The notes: generated from the sequence alone by a model not told the origin. 64,000 nucleotides of DNA from Saccostrea cucullata (GCF_032062105.1 NW_026924573.1:62001-126000), one strand, 5' to 3'. Positions 52,101 through 63,562 are shown, counted from the first letter of the stretch. Made by a program: numbers and translations.

Positions 52101-55100
52101 CATCAGGTACTTGTAGCTTTTGTAAGGAAAACAATAACAGAGAGACAAGTGACTGACTTAAATAGAAATAATTATTGTACATTTTTTTATTATTTGTAGA
52201 TGCCGAACCTACCCAAGTGTTCCAGCTGGCTGTGTCCTAAAAACAGATCCTAAAGACAGTTGCTGTGTGGCCCCAGACTGCAACAAGCCCAACGCCTTGA
52301 ACCCAACCCCTCAACCTAATCCCACACCAGGACCCGGTGGTGTCACATTGAACCCCCAGTTGAACCCCAGCACTAGTGGCATCATGATCTACCCCTCACC
52401 GGTCCCCACTGGAAGCTTCATAGGAAGTGGCATCAACCCAGGAACCAGTGGTTCAGGCTCAGGCTTCCCTGGCTCTAACATTATTACTGGATCTGGAAGT
52501 TAGTTTGTTTTATCTCTAGTGTGCATTTTTGTTTTAGTGTACATTTATTCTGAGAAAGAGAGATTTTACTATGAACTGCTGTATAGGCGATTAATTTCAT
52601 AGGTTATAGTTTTCATGTCTTTTCTCTCCTCCAACAAGATTGTGATTTTTTGAATTCACAGAATTGGTTTAAAATTAAAGTCCCCCCCCCTTGTCTTTAT
52701 CCCTGTAATCCATAGCATAGCTAGAACAACATCAATCAGCATCACATGTATGTATTCATTTCATGAACAACAGGGTGCCCAGTACATATGAAATAATTAG
52801 ATTTAATAGTTCATCTATGATTAATTAAAACAAGTGTTGTTATTAGAAGTCTTTGACAATAGATGCCAAATTACTTGCCTATCTACAGCCTACTCACACC
52901 CTAAATTTTTTTTCGAAGGGATAAAAAATTGCTGGGAAAAAACATTGGACTGTAATAAATCTTGAGTTTATCAGAATCTAGGGTCGAGTTTATTTCTTTA
53001 GAGAATCATTTTGAATTTCTTCGCTGTTTATGAATGTTTACTGTAAATTTTAAACCCATAACATTTTTGCAGGGGCCTGTATCTACAAGGGTGTGGCCTA
53101 CAACCAAGGAGATAAATGGGAGGATAACTGCCAGTATAAGTGTGAGTGTATCGATGCCAGTCGAGGACAGTACAAGTGCACAGACAGGTAGGTGTATCAT
53201 CACATTTATCTCTGTCTTCTGCTGTGCACAGACTAATCTTTATGACATAACCTTAACTGATTGTGAGTTTTGACCATTGAATTGAAAATATATTATTGCA
53301 GTGTTTTGTGATTTTCATGTTAAAATTTTTACTTTCTAAGATTTTATAGTCATAATCTCTCAGTAAAAATAAGTTGTAGGAGAGAGTGGTAGCAGAAATT
53401 TTATTAACAGCAGGTTTAACAATAGTAGCAGGTTTAACAATAGGTTTTCAATTGATCAATTTTGTTCTGGACAGATGCTACACCTACCCACCACTTCCAC
53501 CACAGTGCAGCTATGAGCGTGACCCCAATGATGCCTGCTGTCAGATTGCCAAGTGTTCCCCTTACATACCAACCTTCAATCCAACAGTGGGTCCCAACAC
53601 AGTACCTGTCATCACACCCACACCCGGACCTAACACACCTGTCGTTGTCAACCCAGGGACTACCAAACCTATAGGAGGCTCCCAGACCACTAGACCAATT
53701 ATCATCAATCCTAACACCAATCCACCTGTCACGGGAACTCCAACCACTCAGAATCCCATCGTTATTAATCCCGGCAGCAATACTCCCGGCACTGGCTCTA
53801 ACACCACTCCAAAACCATCAAGTAAGTAAAAGAGATATGACTGTGTTTTAGTTTTACCACTAAATAAACACAAAATCTCAAAAAATTAAATTATGTGAAA
53901 CACCCTGTTTACTTCTACATGTACAGTAAAACATCATGCTTATAATAAAGTGCTAGGGACAGTCAATTTTGCTTATTATAAAAGTACTTGGTTATGTCCA
54001 TTAAGTTCACAAGCTGTATATTAAAGCCATGGGGAGTGAAAATCTCTTTTCTGTAGATGTCAATTTATTTTAAGCAATTTCTACTTAACAGAGATTCAAG
54101 TAACTGGAAAGGTACTTTAAGGTCAGACGAGACGTTCTTAAAAATCTGTTTTGTATATCTACCCCTGGTATCTTCCAGAAATGCCTGGTAAGGTACCTCA
54201 ATATTTTGTAAATAAACATGTTTAAGTAGCAATACTTCAATGACAAACTCTTAGCAATATTTTTCTATTATTAAGGAACGTCTTGTCTGTTCCTTAATAG
54301 AGAAGATTAAAAACCACTTTTGTAGGGAAACTTTTAACTTTGATTATCAAGGATCTTTTTTTGTTGACAATACAATGCTTTATAGCTGTATATACCTGTA
54401 TTGTAGACATGTGCCTGTACAAGGGAGGCCTTCACCCACAAGGCTCAAACTGGCAGGATGGATGTGATTACACTTGTTATTGTGTGGATGCTATGTCCAA
54501 TAGCTACAGATGTCAGGCCAGGTCTGTCACAGACAAATATACAAACAGGCCCAGATCAAAAAAATAGATAAAGCATTTGAAGTTTATAGAGTCATTTAGA
54601 CCATGACAGAATTTATGGATAAAAGAACGAATGTTAAAATAAAAACAACAACATGATGTTTGTTGATACAAATGGGTGATCTTAGGTACTTTGATCATGT
54701 AAACATTGATTAATGTGTTCTCAAACATACATTTGCACATAAAATTCTTTGCAAAAAATTTTTAAAAATTGACTTCTTGATTGAAACATGAATAGCACCA
54801 GTGATGAAAATGTCTGATGCCAAGTGGCTGTACGGCTCAATGTATAGTACTACTGTATATACTCGCCTATAAGTCGGTCCGCCTATAAGTCGGTTGTACT
54901 TTTTTATGTTATTTTGGTGGTATTTGCGATTGACCCGCTTATAAGTCGGTACAATTTTTTGCCAAAATCGGATGACTATTTCAAGTTAATCCATTGATGT
55001 TTTAACCTGGTTTCAATTTATATTTTTTAAAATGAGATCGATATTTAATCTTGAATCATTAAATAAACAAGTAGTGCTCACTTAAGATACAAATAAATTA

Positions 55101-58100
55101 TGAAAATGTAAATAATTGTACTTTACAATATAAGAATGCATCAAATATCATATATATCCAGGTATTATCTTCGATAATCGTCGGAAATACTACATTTCAG
55201 CGTCCAGAAAAAATACCAATAACTATGACTCGCCTATAAGTCGGACATAGAGTTTAAGACCAAAACTTAACTCCGAAAAAAACGACTTATAGGCGAGTAT
55301 ATACGGTATAAAGATTATTTCATTGTTTTATCACGCCAATTATTTTGTTTTTCAGATGTAAGACCTTCTCCTCCATCCCATCGTACTGCCACCTGATCCC
55401 AGATCCCGCGGACCAATGTTGTGAGAAGATAGAGTGCACTGCTCCTAACGGTCAGGTCCTCACCCCACAGATCCCAAGCGGACCCACAGTTTCGCCAACT
55501 CTGGCCCCCAGCATTCAGCATGTGATCCCTGTAGGAACCCACCAGGTCTTCACAGGATCAGGACAGCCTAACTTCCCTATTGGTGGAGCCCCAGGAACTT
55601 CTGGAAGTAGAAGTAATCAATCTATTAAAAATTATACAGAGGCTGCACAGTTAAATTTTTATTTTACTTCAATAGAAGTTTGAAGGGGTTTAATGCTGTT
55701 TCTAAATGGAAGGGAGGTAAATGGAAATTTCATTTTCCTCATTTTTTTTTCAAAAGGTGGATGTGTATACAAGAGCACAGTTTATCATCAAGGACAGTCC
55801 TGGGATGATGGATGTAAATACGTGTGCAGCTGTCAAGATGAAGCCACTGGTCTTTACAAATGTACATCTAAGTAAGTTCTTTTATTCAGTCTTTTGTACA
55901 ATACATTTTCAAGGGAAATGTAAAAGATATTTCTCAAAAAAGATTGCAGTTAAGTTCTCAAAAGGGTAAACTTGCCATTATTTCAGAAAGCTTGTAATTG
56001 GGTCAGACAATTTGAAAGTGGGCTTTACTCACAAAAGAGGAGTCTGTTGATAAAAAGATATTCCAGTTTATTTCAAAGTCTTTATTAAAATAAGAGATGA
56101 ATGTTTCTGGATTTTATAATCATTGGATTTCACATCCATTTTTCCAAACAGGTGCCCCACTTACCCACCCCTGCCCAGCTATTGTAGTTTTGTTAATGTA
56201 CCTGGACAATGCTGCCCCACTCTCAGCTGTAACAGTCCTGACTTTGGCAAATACAACCCTGCTCCCCAACTGTACCCCACTCCAGCTCCCTCTGTTCAAC
56301 CCTCTCTGGCACCCCACGTCATCAACCCAGGCTACAACCCAGGAACCAGTGGCAGCCAAGTGGTACCAGGCACCGTAGCAACAGGATTCACCGGAAGTAG
56401 AAACAGTAAGCAATGACCCATAGCAAGTTATGATATACTGTACATTAATAAATTCAACACAAGGCATATGCGTGTGTTATATTGCATTCACATACATGTA
56501 AATACTTTACTGTCAAGATTACTGAATTATGTCTAAATGATTTTTCAGGTCTCTGTATCTACAAAAATAAACTGTACAACCAGGGAGATAAATGGGATGA
56601 TGGATGTGAATATTCTTGTGAATGTAAAGATGCAAACAGTGGATACTATGAGTGTACACCTAAGTAAGTTTTCTTTGATACTCTGTTTTATCAAATTGAG
56701 AAAGGAAATTAATTGTATAACGGATAATACAGGAGGTATCTTTGTTGAAGATTTGAAACACCTTGGATTTTTTTCATTGATAAATCTTGAACTTAAGGTC
56801 AAGCATTGTTATCAGACTAACAAAACTGATTGAAACTGCAAGAGTTTATTTCTCAATTCTGAAACTGTAAGTGAAAGTGGTTTTTTTTTTTTTTTTTAAT
56901 CAGATGCCCGAACTACAACCTCCCATCCAACTGTTACCTGATGCGAGCTGGAGGAGATTGCTGTCCACAGCCCATGTGTAGAAATCCAGATGGCAGCACC
57001 GTCAACCCTCTGACCTCTCCAGGGTCCCAGTACCCTGTGTTTGGAACCTACCCCGGGGGCTTCACAGGATTCCGACCCGGATATGTTCAACCTTCAACCT
57101 CAGGCACATCATTCACAAACCACTCAAGTGAGTTTATTTATTTCTTTTGGTCCTAAGAGTAACAATGTGTGCATATCTATCTGTAAGCATTGATTTTATA
57201 GAAAGGAGGGAGTGGGTTTATGGCAGATAAATAGAATTGAGGAAGTAACTAAACTTATATGCTGTAACAAAATTCTCTAGGAATTTAATTGTTGCAATCG
57301 GTGACTGATGAAAACAGAAATGTGTGATGTTCATTAAAATAATTGAGCATACAGAGTGTTAATTTAAGAACCTGTTCTTTAACTTGACCTGAATTGAGAA
57401 TGCCTTTCTGAAACTGTATTACAGTAATCTAATGCAGAAATTTAGAAGTAATTGAGTGATGAGAAGAAAAAAAAATCCTATGTTCATATATCAAACTTTA
57501 TCTTAAATTCGATGGGAATGTAGTCCATTTAGAATAAAATAATGGGAAGGTAATTTTGTTGGATTACAGATGTATGTATCTACAAGGGCTCAGTGTACAG
57601 ACAGGGTAACACTTGGGAGGATGGATGTGACTTCACCTGTACCTGTGTGGACGAGTCCAGAGGAATATACCAATGTACTGCCAGGTAAACATTCTCAGAC
57701 TTGATGTTATCTGGTTATTGGCTCTGAACAGGGCCTTTTCAATGAAAATAAAGATATTCCATGTGTTGTATTTTATCAGAGAAATTTTAAGTCTTATTTC
57801 TGTTAGTGAAATAATTTGGCTGGGAAATCAGACTTTTAACTTATTAATAAGCTGTCTTTTTTGAGACTCAAATATAGGTTCAAACAATGATTTTTTTTAA
57901 AAATGCAGGCAGTTGCTTTCAATGAAAATTAAAACATGGATTCAATGAGAGATCGTTTCACTCTATGTTACAAACTGGCACGTTCATTCCATAATCTGAC
58001 TGTTTCTTTCCACAGATGTAAGACCTACACTTCTCTCCCATCAGTCTGCAGGCTCTATGACGTTCCTGGTGAATGCTGTTCTGAAGTCAGATGTAAGACC

Positions 58101-61100
58101 ACAGACACTTCCCCCACCCCTCCAGTCATCGGCTTCTCCACCCCCAGGCCTTACCTCGACCCACTCTGCCACGACACCATCGACAACTGTAAGAGCTATC
58201 AAAAGGATGTGGCCTGTCACGGCGCCTACGAACCATGGGCAAGAACTCACTGTAACCTGACCTGTGGATTCTGCAGTAAGTAGTATTGTCTGTATGCTAG
58301 AAACAAGAGTAAAGCCTTGCTGGTTTGCATGCTCAGTAAGATTTGATTTTTGTTTTCTTGGGGCTTACATGTTTACTCTCTTATTAGTTACATGGACATG
58401 GACTAATTTCTTTTAATGTCTTTACCCTTTAGTGGACCAGGTCTATAATTAGGGATGTCAAAATATTTATTTTCCTTAGTTGATAACTGTATACAGGTAA
58501 ATTTTCACCCTGTTTATTTTCGCCCTTTCGCGCTAACCTTGCTTTGGGGAATTTAAAACGGGCAAATTCAAAGAATTTAGTATAATTTCTTAAACAAAAT
58601 TGATTGGGTGAATTCAAGATAGAGCACAACTGTTTGTGAGTGTGAAAGGGAGAAAATAAAGCATGGTGGAAATAATCTTGTTTTCAGTATTCACTTGCAT
58701 TATTCAAACAAAAGTTGTACCTGTATATGCAGAACATTTTCTGAAAATAAGATTTGAATTCATTTCAGACTTCACTAGTACATGATTTCTCTATAACACA
58801 AAACCCTTTTATTTAAATCTATTCAAAAAGTAACTATGGTTCTTTTCAGCCCCAGCAGTTGTAGTACCAACAGTCTGTGCTGACAGAATTAGCAACTGTG
58901 CCCAGTATGGTAAATCAGTCTGCCAGGGAACTTATCAACCATGGGCCACCGACAACTGTGCTAAATACTGCGGACTTTGTCAGAGTAAGTCAGATTAGAG
59001 GGAGAGTATTTTCATTTGAAAAAAAGAGCCTCTTCTATTAGTACATGTATAAGGTTTCCTAAATATTCCCTTTGCTTAATTGTTCAGATACACCCAAAAA
59101 TATTCAATACTTCAATTAGTTCTTGCATTTATATTACTTTTGAATGCATTGAAAACAGGTTTGCATGATATCCCACCCTTTGTATGTATCCCAGGAATAT
59201 TTTATACTGGTTGTTAAAATATCTCAGGTTACATCACAAGGTAATCATACCACTTTTTTTTCAATTTTTTTTCTATTTATAGCTTCTGGAGGATCCCCAA
59301 CAACCCCAGCCCCCACAGTAAACACAGGTTGTCAGAATAAGATCAACAACTGCCCGGCCTTTGGAAAGAGTGCGTGTACGGGACAGTTTGAGCCCTGGGC
59401 CCGGGACAACTGTCGTCTCTACTGTGGATTCTGCAGTAAGTAGGAAACAGTTTCACTTGGTATCTGATTCATTTAAATTTTTCAAGAGTTAATGAAAATT
59501 TTCAGTTATTAGATTTAAACGTTTTTTCCCCCAAAATTAGAGATTTCATTTAGTTGGTTAAACTTCCACAATTCCTCATGAACACTGGGCAGATGACATT
59601 TTTTCAAGATCAGAAACATATGTGTTTCAGTGATTATTACTTACTGAAATTCAACATCATCTAAATCTACTGAAATTCAACATTATCAAATTTTATGTGT
59701 TATTATTACAGTGAACCTTACATTGTTCCATTTATGATTAGAATAAAATTTTATTTAAGATAGATGCAATGTTACTAGAGGTACCTGATCTTATTAATAA
59801 TTACCAATGATTATTTACAACAGGTTCCACTGGATCAGTAATCAACTACCAGGTTATGCCTCCCACAGGTACGTACCTCTATTTATGTTACAAACAACTA
59901 CCTCAAATAAGTTTTGTCTTTGGCTTTAGTTGTCACATTATGGCTGCAATCAATAAGTAATCTATGATTCAAGGGTATATTGTAATCAGATTTTAAAGAA
60001 ACAGCTGCTTGTAAGCAGATTGATATATTGCAGTTGAGATTTGATGGGACATGTTTTAGTATTAAGTAAATTATGTTATACATTTATTATGTAAGATTTA
60101 TAATGGACAGCTAGACTATAAGTATGCATACTTATGAAAGTTAACAAAGATAATTAAATGCAAATCAAAATTCTCCACTTCTTCATGTACATGAGCTGTA
60201 CATTTTATTGATGTGTGTAAAATCTTAGATTTTTATCAAAACCCTCTGAATTTTAAAACAAACTTGACATAACTTTGTGTGTCTTTTGACAGGTTACACG
60301 ACCCTGATGAAGGGAGTGGCTGGAGTCCCCGGAGATATGTACCAGATCTGGACGAGCCCTGCCACAATGAACACCAACAACCCCCAGGCCATGTATCTGA
60401 CTAATCAGTTCAAAGGACATTACAAAACAGACCTATCACGCTGGAATGACATGTGTCTAGACAGGGTATTTGATAATACTGCTCATTTTTGTTGTTCAGA
60501 ATTCAAAGATAGTTGAAAATTATGAAAATTGCTTTCACTCACTTTAGTAGGCATAAATCTTGGTATTAAATTGCAGATCAGGGTATCAATCTACAAGAAT
60601 GGACAAGAGAAAGCCTACATTGAGTTCAATGCTGTTGGTGCCAACCAGAACAACTGGTTTGATCCCAGCAGAATCATCTCTTCTAGCTACACGGACATCA
60701 AAACAGCCGCCAAGGAAGTCTTCAGTATGATGGGGTCAGTATATACTGTATACAGGGTTATTTTCGCCCCGTGTTATTTTCACCCTTTCACACTGTAAAA
60801 CAAATTTGCCCCGTTTTAAATTCGCCCATTTGTGAGTTTTGTTTAAGAAATTATACTGAATATTTTGAATTCGCCCCGTTTTAAATTCACCCTATTGAGG
60901 GTAGGGCGAAAGGGGTGAAAATAAAACGGGGGCAAAAATTTCCCTGTATACAGTATTGACAGGAAAATTCATTTCCTGATAAAATTCCTTTATCACATTT
61001 CACAGTTGAAAAATTTTTCAAGTGAAGAATGATGTCTAAACTTACAATATGTTCAGTCTAAATCATACTTAGAATATTTTGAGAGAAAAAAAAACAAAAC

Positions 61101-63562
61101 TGATATCCATGTAATATATGTATGAATGATTTAAGCAAGAGTGTACCCCAGTATTTTTTGATGATTTCACAGAGACACCTCTACTGGTCGTGAGTTCCTT
61201 ATGAGCCAGCATTCTAACTCTCAGTGTGACACTTATGGATGGATCATGATCTCCACTCAGAATAACTGCCCGTTCGAGGCCAGCTCTGGGGGCAAGCCTG
61301 CCTTCTTGTACGCACCAGGCCAAACCTCTTCCCACTTTGAACAAAGTAAGAACACAGTTCCCTCTCCACTTAAAAACATTTCTCAATTCTTATTGAGTTA
61401 TAGCTTTTAATCAGCATTGCATCTTCTTAGTATGCAGTTGAATTTTTTGTATCTCAAACACTGATATCTCTACTAGCACCAGTCCTGATTGAAGTCCTAA
61501 CTTCTTTTTTCTATAATTTGAACTTTGATATCAAATCTTCTAGGCTTTTTTTCCCCCAATCTACATAGTTCTAGATAATGAGCCCTTTAAAGCTTGATTT
61601 TTTTTTGTTTTGTTTTTTTTTGTTAATCGCCAATGGCAGTGCAGTTAGTAGACTGTAGAACTAGAATAATTGCCAAACAAATGCCTGTAATATTGGATTA
61701 TCATCTTGAAAAATCAAGATTTCGAGCAAAATTTGCGTCAGATATTTTTTTCAATGTTTTATATTTAACTTTTCAGCTCAAGTTGGAACTGGAGATGTTC
61801 TGGCCATTATGGGACATCAGGGAACATGTAAGTAGAATGAATTTTGGCAACAGGTGTAAACATGTGTTATGGGACATTGCCAAAATTTCTCAACATCTTT
61901 AAAAAATGCATTTGTCTCATTTATTTCAGGCATTGCCACTATGATGCCCACTCAAATAATCACAAGCAGTAAGTAAACTTAATTGTTTACATTTTCTTTC
62001 AGTATTACATTGAAATACTTACCCTGAAAAGGGTCTTGGTATGTAAATTATTTGTAACGACTTGTATGTTGTAGGTTATGCCTGTGTGTACAACAACAAG
62101 GTCTACAACCAAGGAGACAGCTGGACGGATGGCTGCAAGTACAACTGTACTTGTACTGATGCCAGATATGGAAACTACCAGTGTTTGGAGCTGTAAGTGT
62201 CAGGGGCATAATCTGCATAGAAAACATTCAGCCACACAAGGGCTGTAAAGTTATCTATTCACCATTGCTCCCCCCCCAAAAAAAACAATTGATGACATGC
62301 AACTGAAGTTCTATGTAGTTGTCCTTTTTCAGTACAAAATAGCTATTTATCCCCTTCATCCCTCTACGTAATTACATGAAAAATGAGACATAAAAACTTT
62401 TAAAATTGTTCCTACTTTACAATAGTTTTTTGATCTACCTATGGTGAGCTAGCATACATAATTTTAACCTTTTATGATAACCATACATAATAATCAGAAA
62501 CATTTTTGTAAAGTTCATCCAGTTGCTGGCAATTGATAACACTATTTGCTAGGAATATAGTTTCCTTTTTGTTACAACCATTCTTTTAGATGATTTAGAT
62601 GGCATTTTAAAATGACACACACATATACATGTAGAAATTCTTAAAAATATGAATATGTTTCTATGATTCTCTTCTTTTTTTTTTCAGTTGCCCAACCTAT
62701 TCTCATCTTCCACAAGGATGTTCACTTGTCAAACAACCAGGATCCTGCTGTGCCGTACCAGACTGTGGCACCCATGTCTACAACCCTAACAGCAATAATG
62801 CAGCTGAGAGAGGTATGGGGCAGGGATTGACGGGGATAGCAATATACTGAGAAGGGGGGGGGGGCTAGATAGGGAGATATAGGTGTATTAAGAAGAGAAA
62901 GAATATTCCCATGTTTACTTTTCTGGAGTTACTAATTTATGTGAGGAGATGGCATTAAATCTTCCTTCTTATTTAAAAAAAAAAACAATTGAATCACAAA
63001 TTACACCATACGTATATGTATCTGATTATCATTAATGATATGCATACTCAAGCATAACAAGGTAACAATGCATGCACATCTTGTGAACAACAGGGTGAGT
63101 TCCAAGATGAGCATTTAACATTTTGTCTGCCTTTTTAGGTCTGTGTTACTACAAAGGAGATGTGTACTCCCAGGGAGAAAACTGGAATGATGGATGTGAT
63201 TTCAAATGCACTTGTCTTGATGCCACCAACGGAAGATACCAGTGTAATCCAAAGTAAGTTCACCCTTGTTAGTTAGAGCTGCTGTATATTAGAATTAGTA
63301 AATTATAGGCACACTTGGCATATGTAGATCCACCCACATTCTTTGTATTTTGTGATTCTGTGTTTAAGATATTAAAAAAAATTAAATCTTGGTTTTAAAA
63401 TTTTACTTTAACTAATCCTTTTCATTTTCCAGATGCATGAGCTGGCCAAGTCTGCCTGCGGGCTGCACACTGGAAGCCCCAGCACCAGGATTATGCTGTC
63501 AACAACCCAAGTGTCCATCTAATGTACAAATCAATTTCCCTCCGGGATACCAAATAGAATAG
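25106..63562 (+). CDS. Gene B: complete ~4,413-aa secreted protein, SP-VWA2-ShKT2-VWC2-ShKT-VWC27-ShKT3-orphan domain-VWC2 with Pro/Thr mucin-like linkers (likely to be auto-annotated as collagen VI-, chordin- or mucin-like)
   Basis: 80 hand-read exons, 13,242 nt, divisible by 3, frame continuous: 25106-25163,26754-26777,27481-28044,28146-28739,28855-28893,28995-29123,29344-29505,29607-29724,30030-30172,30351-30465,30758-30897,31435-31563,32572-32598,32802-32916,33160-33404,33735-33849,34122-34378,35019-35133,35467-35651,35972-36086,36338-36522,36752-36866,37112-37323,37616-37730,37929-38167,38316-38430,38681-38901,39061-39175,39412-39586,39995-40079,40270-40384,40577-40779,41024-41138,41559-41746,42041-42206,42515-42768,42991-43105,43423-43697,43826-43940,45011-45228,45368-45482,45790-46037,46161-46275,46377-46600,46860-46974,47086-47432,47946-48060,48284-48453,48661-48775,49059-49237,49393-49507,50073-50211,50418-50469,50694-50811,50951-51210,51324-51435,51575-51916,52200-52498,53073-53187,53475-53821,54407-54521,55356-55612,55757-55871,56152-56405,56549-56663,56904-57127,57570-57684,58016-58275,58850-58984,59283-59435,59824-59868,60293-60465,60577-60734,61173-61345,61777-61827,61930-61968,62075-62192,62688-62812,63139-63253,63433-63562(TAG). 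Micro-exons are the least certain. Confidence 0.9.
27481..28044 (+). CDS. Gene B VWA domain 1 (degenerate MIDAS)
   Basis: DVTFLVDSSSYVG...RVSLVTFSD...IGVLVSNG...GIKLYTVGIG; single 564-nt phase 1-1 exon. Confidence 0.92.
28146..28739 (+). CDS. Gene B VWA domain 2 (intact MIDAS)
   Basis: ADLVFLVDGSGSIG...VHVGVEQFS...GGTNTGSAI...VVITDGKS...IAVGVG; single 594-nt phase 1-1 exon. Confidence 0.95.
28995..31563 (+). CDS. Gene B N-terminal ShKT domains (28995-29123, 29344-29505, 31435-31563) around VWC modules 1-2
   Basis: CQDSRADCKRYGQKVCIDYAPWAHDNCQRYCGFC; CVDNLSNCPNYGDSVCNNPLYQGWAKDNCRKFCGFC; CVNQLSNCERYGKDVCSGFGSWASVNCRKYCNLC. Confidence 0.9.
31672..32237. mobile_element. Non-autonomous hAT-like DNA transposon with 5-bp TSD
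   Basis: TIRs CAGGGTTTTAAACTAAC / GTTAATTTCAAACCCTG (15/17 match); ATAGG duplicated at 31667-31671 and 32238-32242. Confidence 0.7.
32802..58100 (+). CDS. Gene B central array of 27 tandem VWC-like modules separated by Pro/Thr/Asn/Gly linkers
   Basis: Recurring 112-118-nt 'A' exons (CxYKGxxYxQGQxWxDGCxxxCxCxxxxxGxYxCxxR) and longer 'B' exons (CPxYxxLPxxCxLxxDPxDxCCxxPxC + PT linker). Confidence 0.9.
34564..34960. mobile_element. Non-autonomous CAG-ended DNA transposon with 6-bp TSD
   Basis: TIRs CAGACCTGTTTAC / GTAAACAGATCTG (12/13 match); TTATAT at 34558-34563 and 34961-34966; CpG-rich interior in CpG-poor surroundings. Confidence 0.65.
43965..44883. mobile_element. Non-autonomous Kolobok-type DNA transposon
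   Basis: TTAA|GGTAAGTCACTC ... GAGTGACTTACC|TTAA: perfect 12-bp TIR, TTAA TSD, RR..YY termini. Confidence 0.8.
48143..48238. repeat. 41-bp tandem duplication
   Basis: AAAAAATGTTAAAATGACACCAAAATGCAAGTTTTAGCTTT, ~2.4 copies. Confidence 0.85.
54121..54293. mobile_element. Kolobok-type MITE
   Basis: TTAA|GGTCAGACGAGACGTTCTTAA ... TTAAGGAACGTCTTGTCTGTTCC|TTAA; imperfect TIR, TTAA TSD. Confidence 0.7.
54853..55306. mobile_element. Tc1/mariner(pogo)-type MITE
   Basis: TA|CTGTATATACTCGCCTATAAGTCG ... CGACTTATAGGCGAGTATATACGG|TA (23/24 TIR); internal repeats of TATAAGTCGG. Confidence 0.88.
58016..59435 (+). CDS. Gene B C-terminal ShKT triplet (within 58016-58275, 58850-58984, 59283-59435)
   Basis: CHDTIDNCKSYQKDVACHGAYEPWARTHCNLTCGFC; CADRISNCAQYGKSVCQGTYQPWATDNCAKYCGLC; CQNKINNCPAFGKSACTGQFEPWARDNCRLYCGFC. 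Confidence 0.9.
58487..58687 (-). mobile_element. Decayed MITE, inverted copy of the 60746 family
   Basis: Aligns by eye to the reverse complement of 60746-60953 (shared GAATTTAAAACGGG..AATTCAAA..AGTATAATTTCTTAAACAAAA..GTGTGAAAGGG.GAAAATAA). Confidence 0.75.
60293..61827 (+). CDS. Gene B unnamed ~185-aa globular domain encoded by 4 exons
   Basis: GYTTLMKGVAGVPGDMYQIWTS...GHYKTDLSRWND...IRVSIYKNGQEKAYIEFNAVGANQNNWFDPSRIISSSYTDI...FSMMGD...REFLM...CDTYGWIMISTQNNCPFE...KPAFLYAPG...GDVLAIMG. Exons join in frame (phases 1-0-2-1-1). Confidence 0.85.
60746..60953. mobile_element. Tc1/mariner-type MITE, 11 nt downstream of a splice donor
   Basis: TA|CTGTATACAGGG...CCCTGTATACAG|TA with internal TTCGCCCC/GGGCGAA subterminal repeats. 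Confidence 0.88.

Noticed and set aside
33193-56467. Many minus-strand Gly/Val/Trp-rich ORFs (e.g. 37007-37306, 43483-43875, 47092-47283)
   Set aside because: Antisense shadows of the Pro/Thr-rich plus-strand exons; they coincide exactly with those exons.
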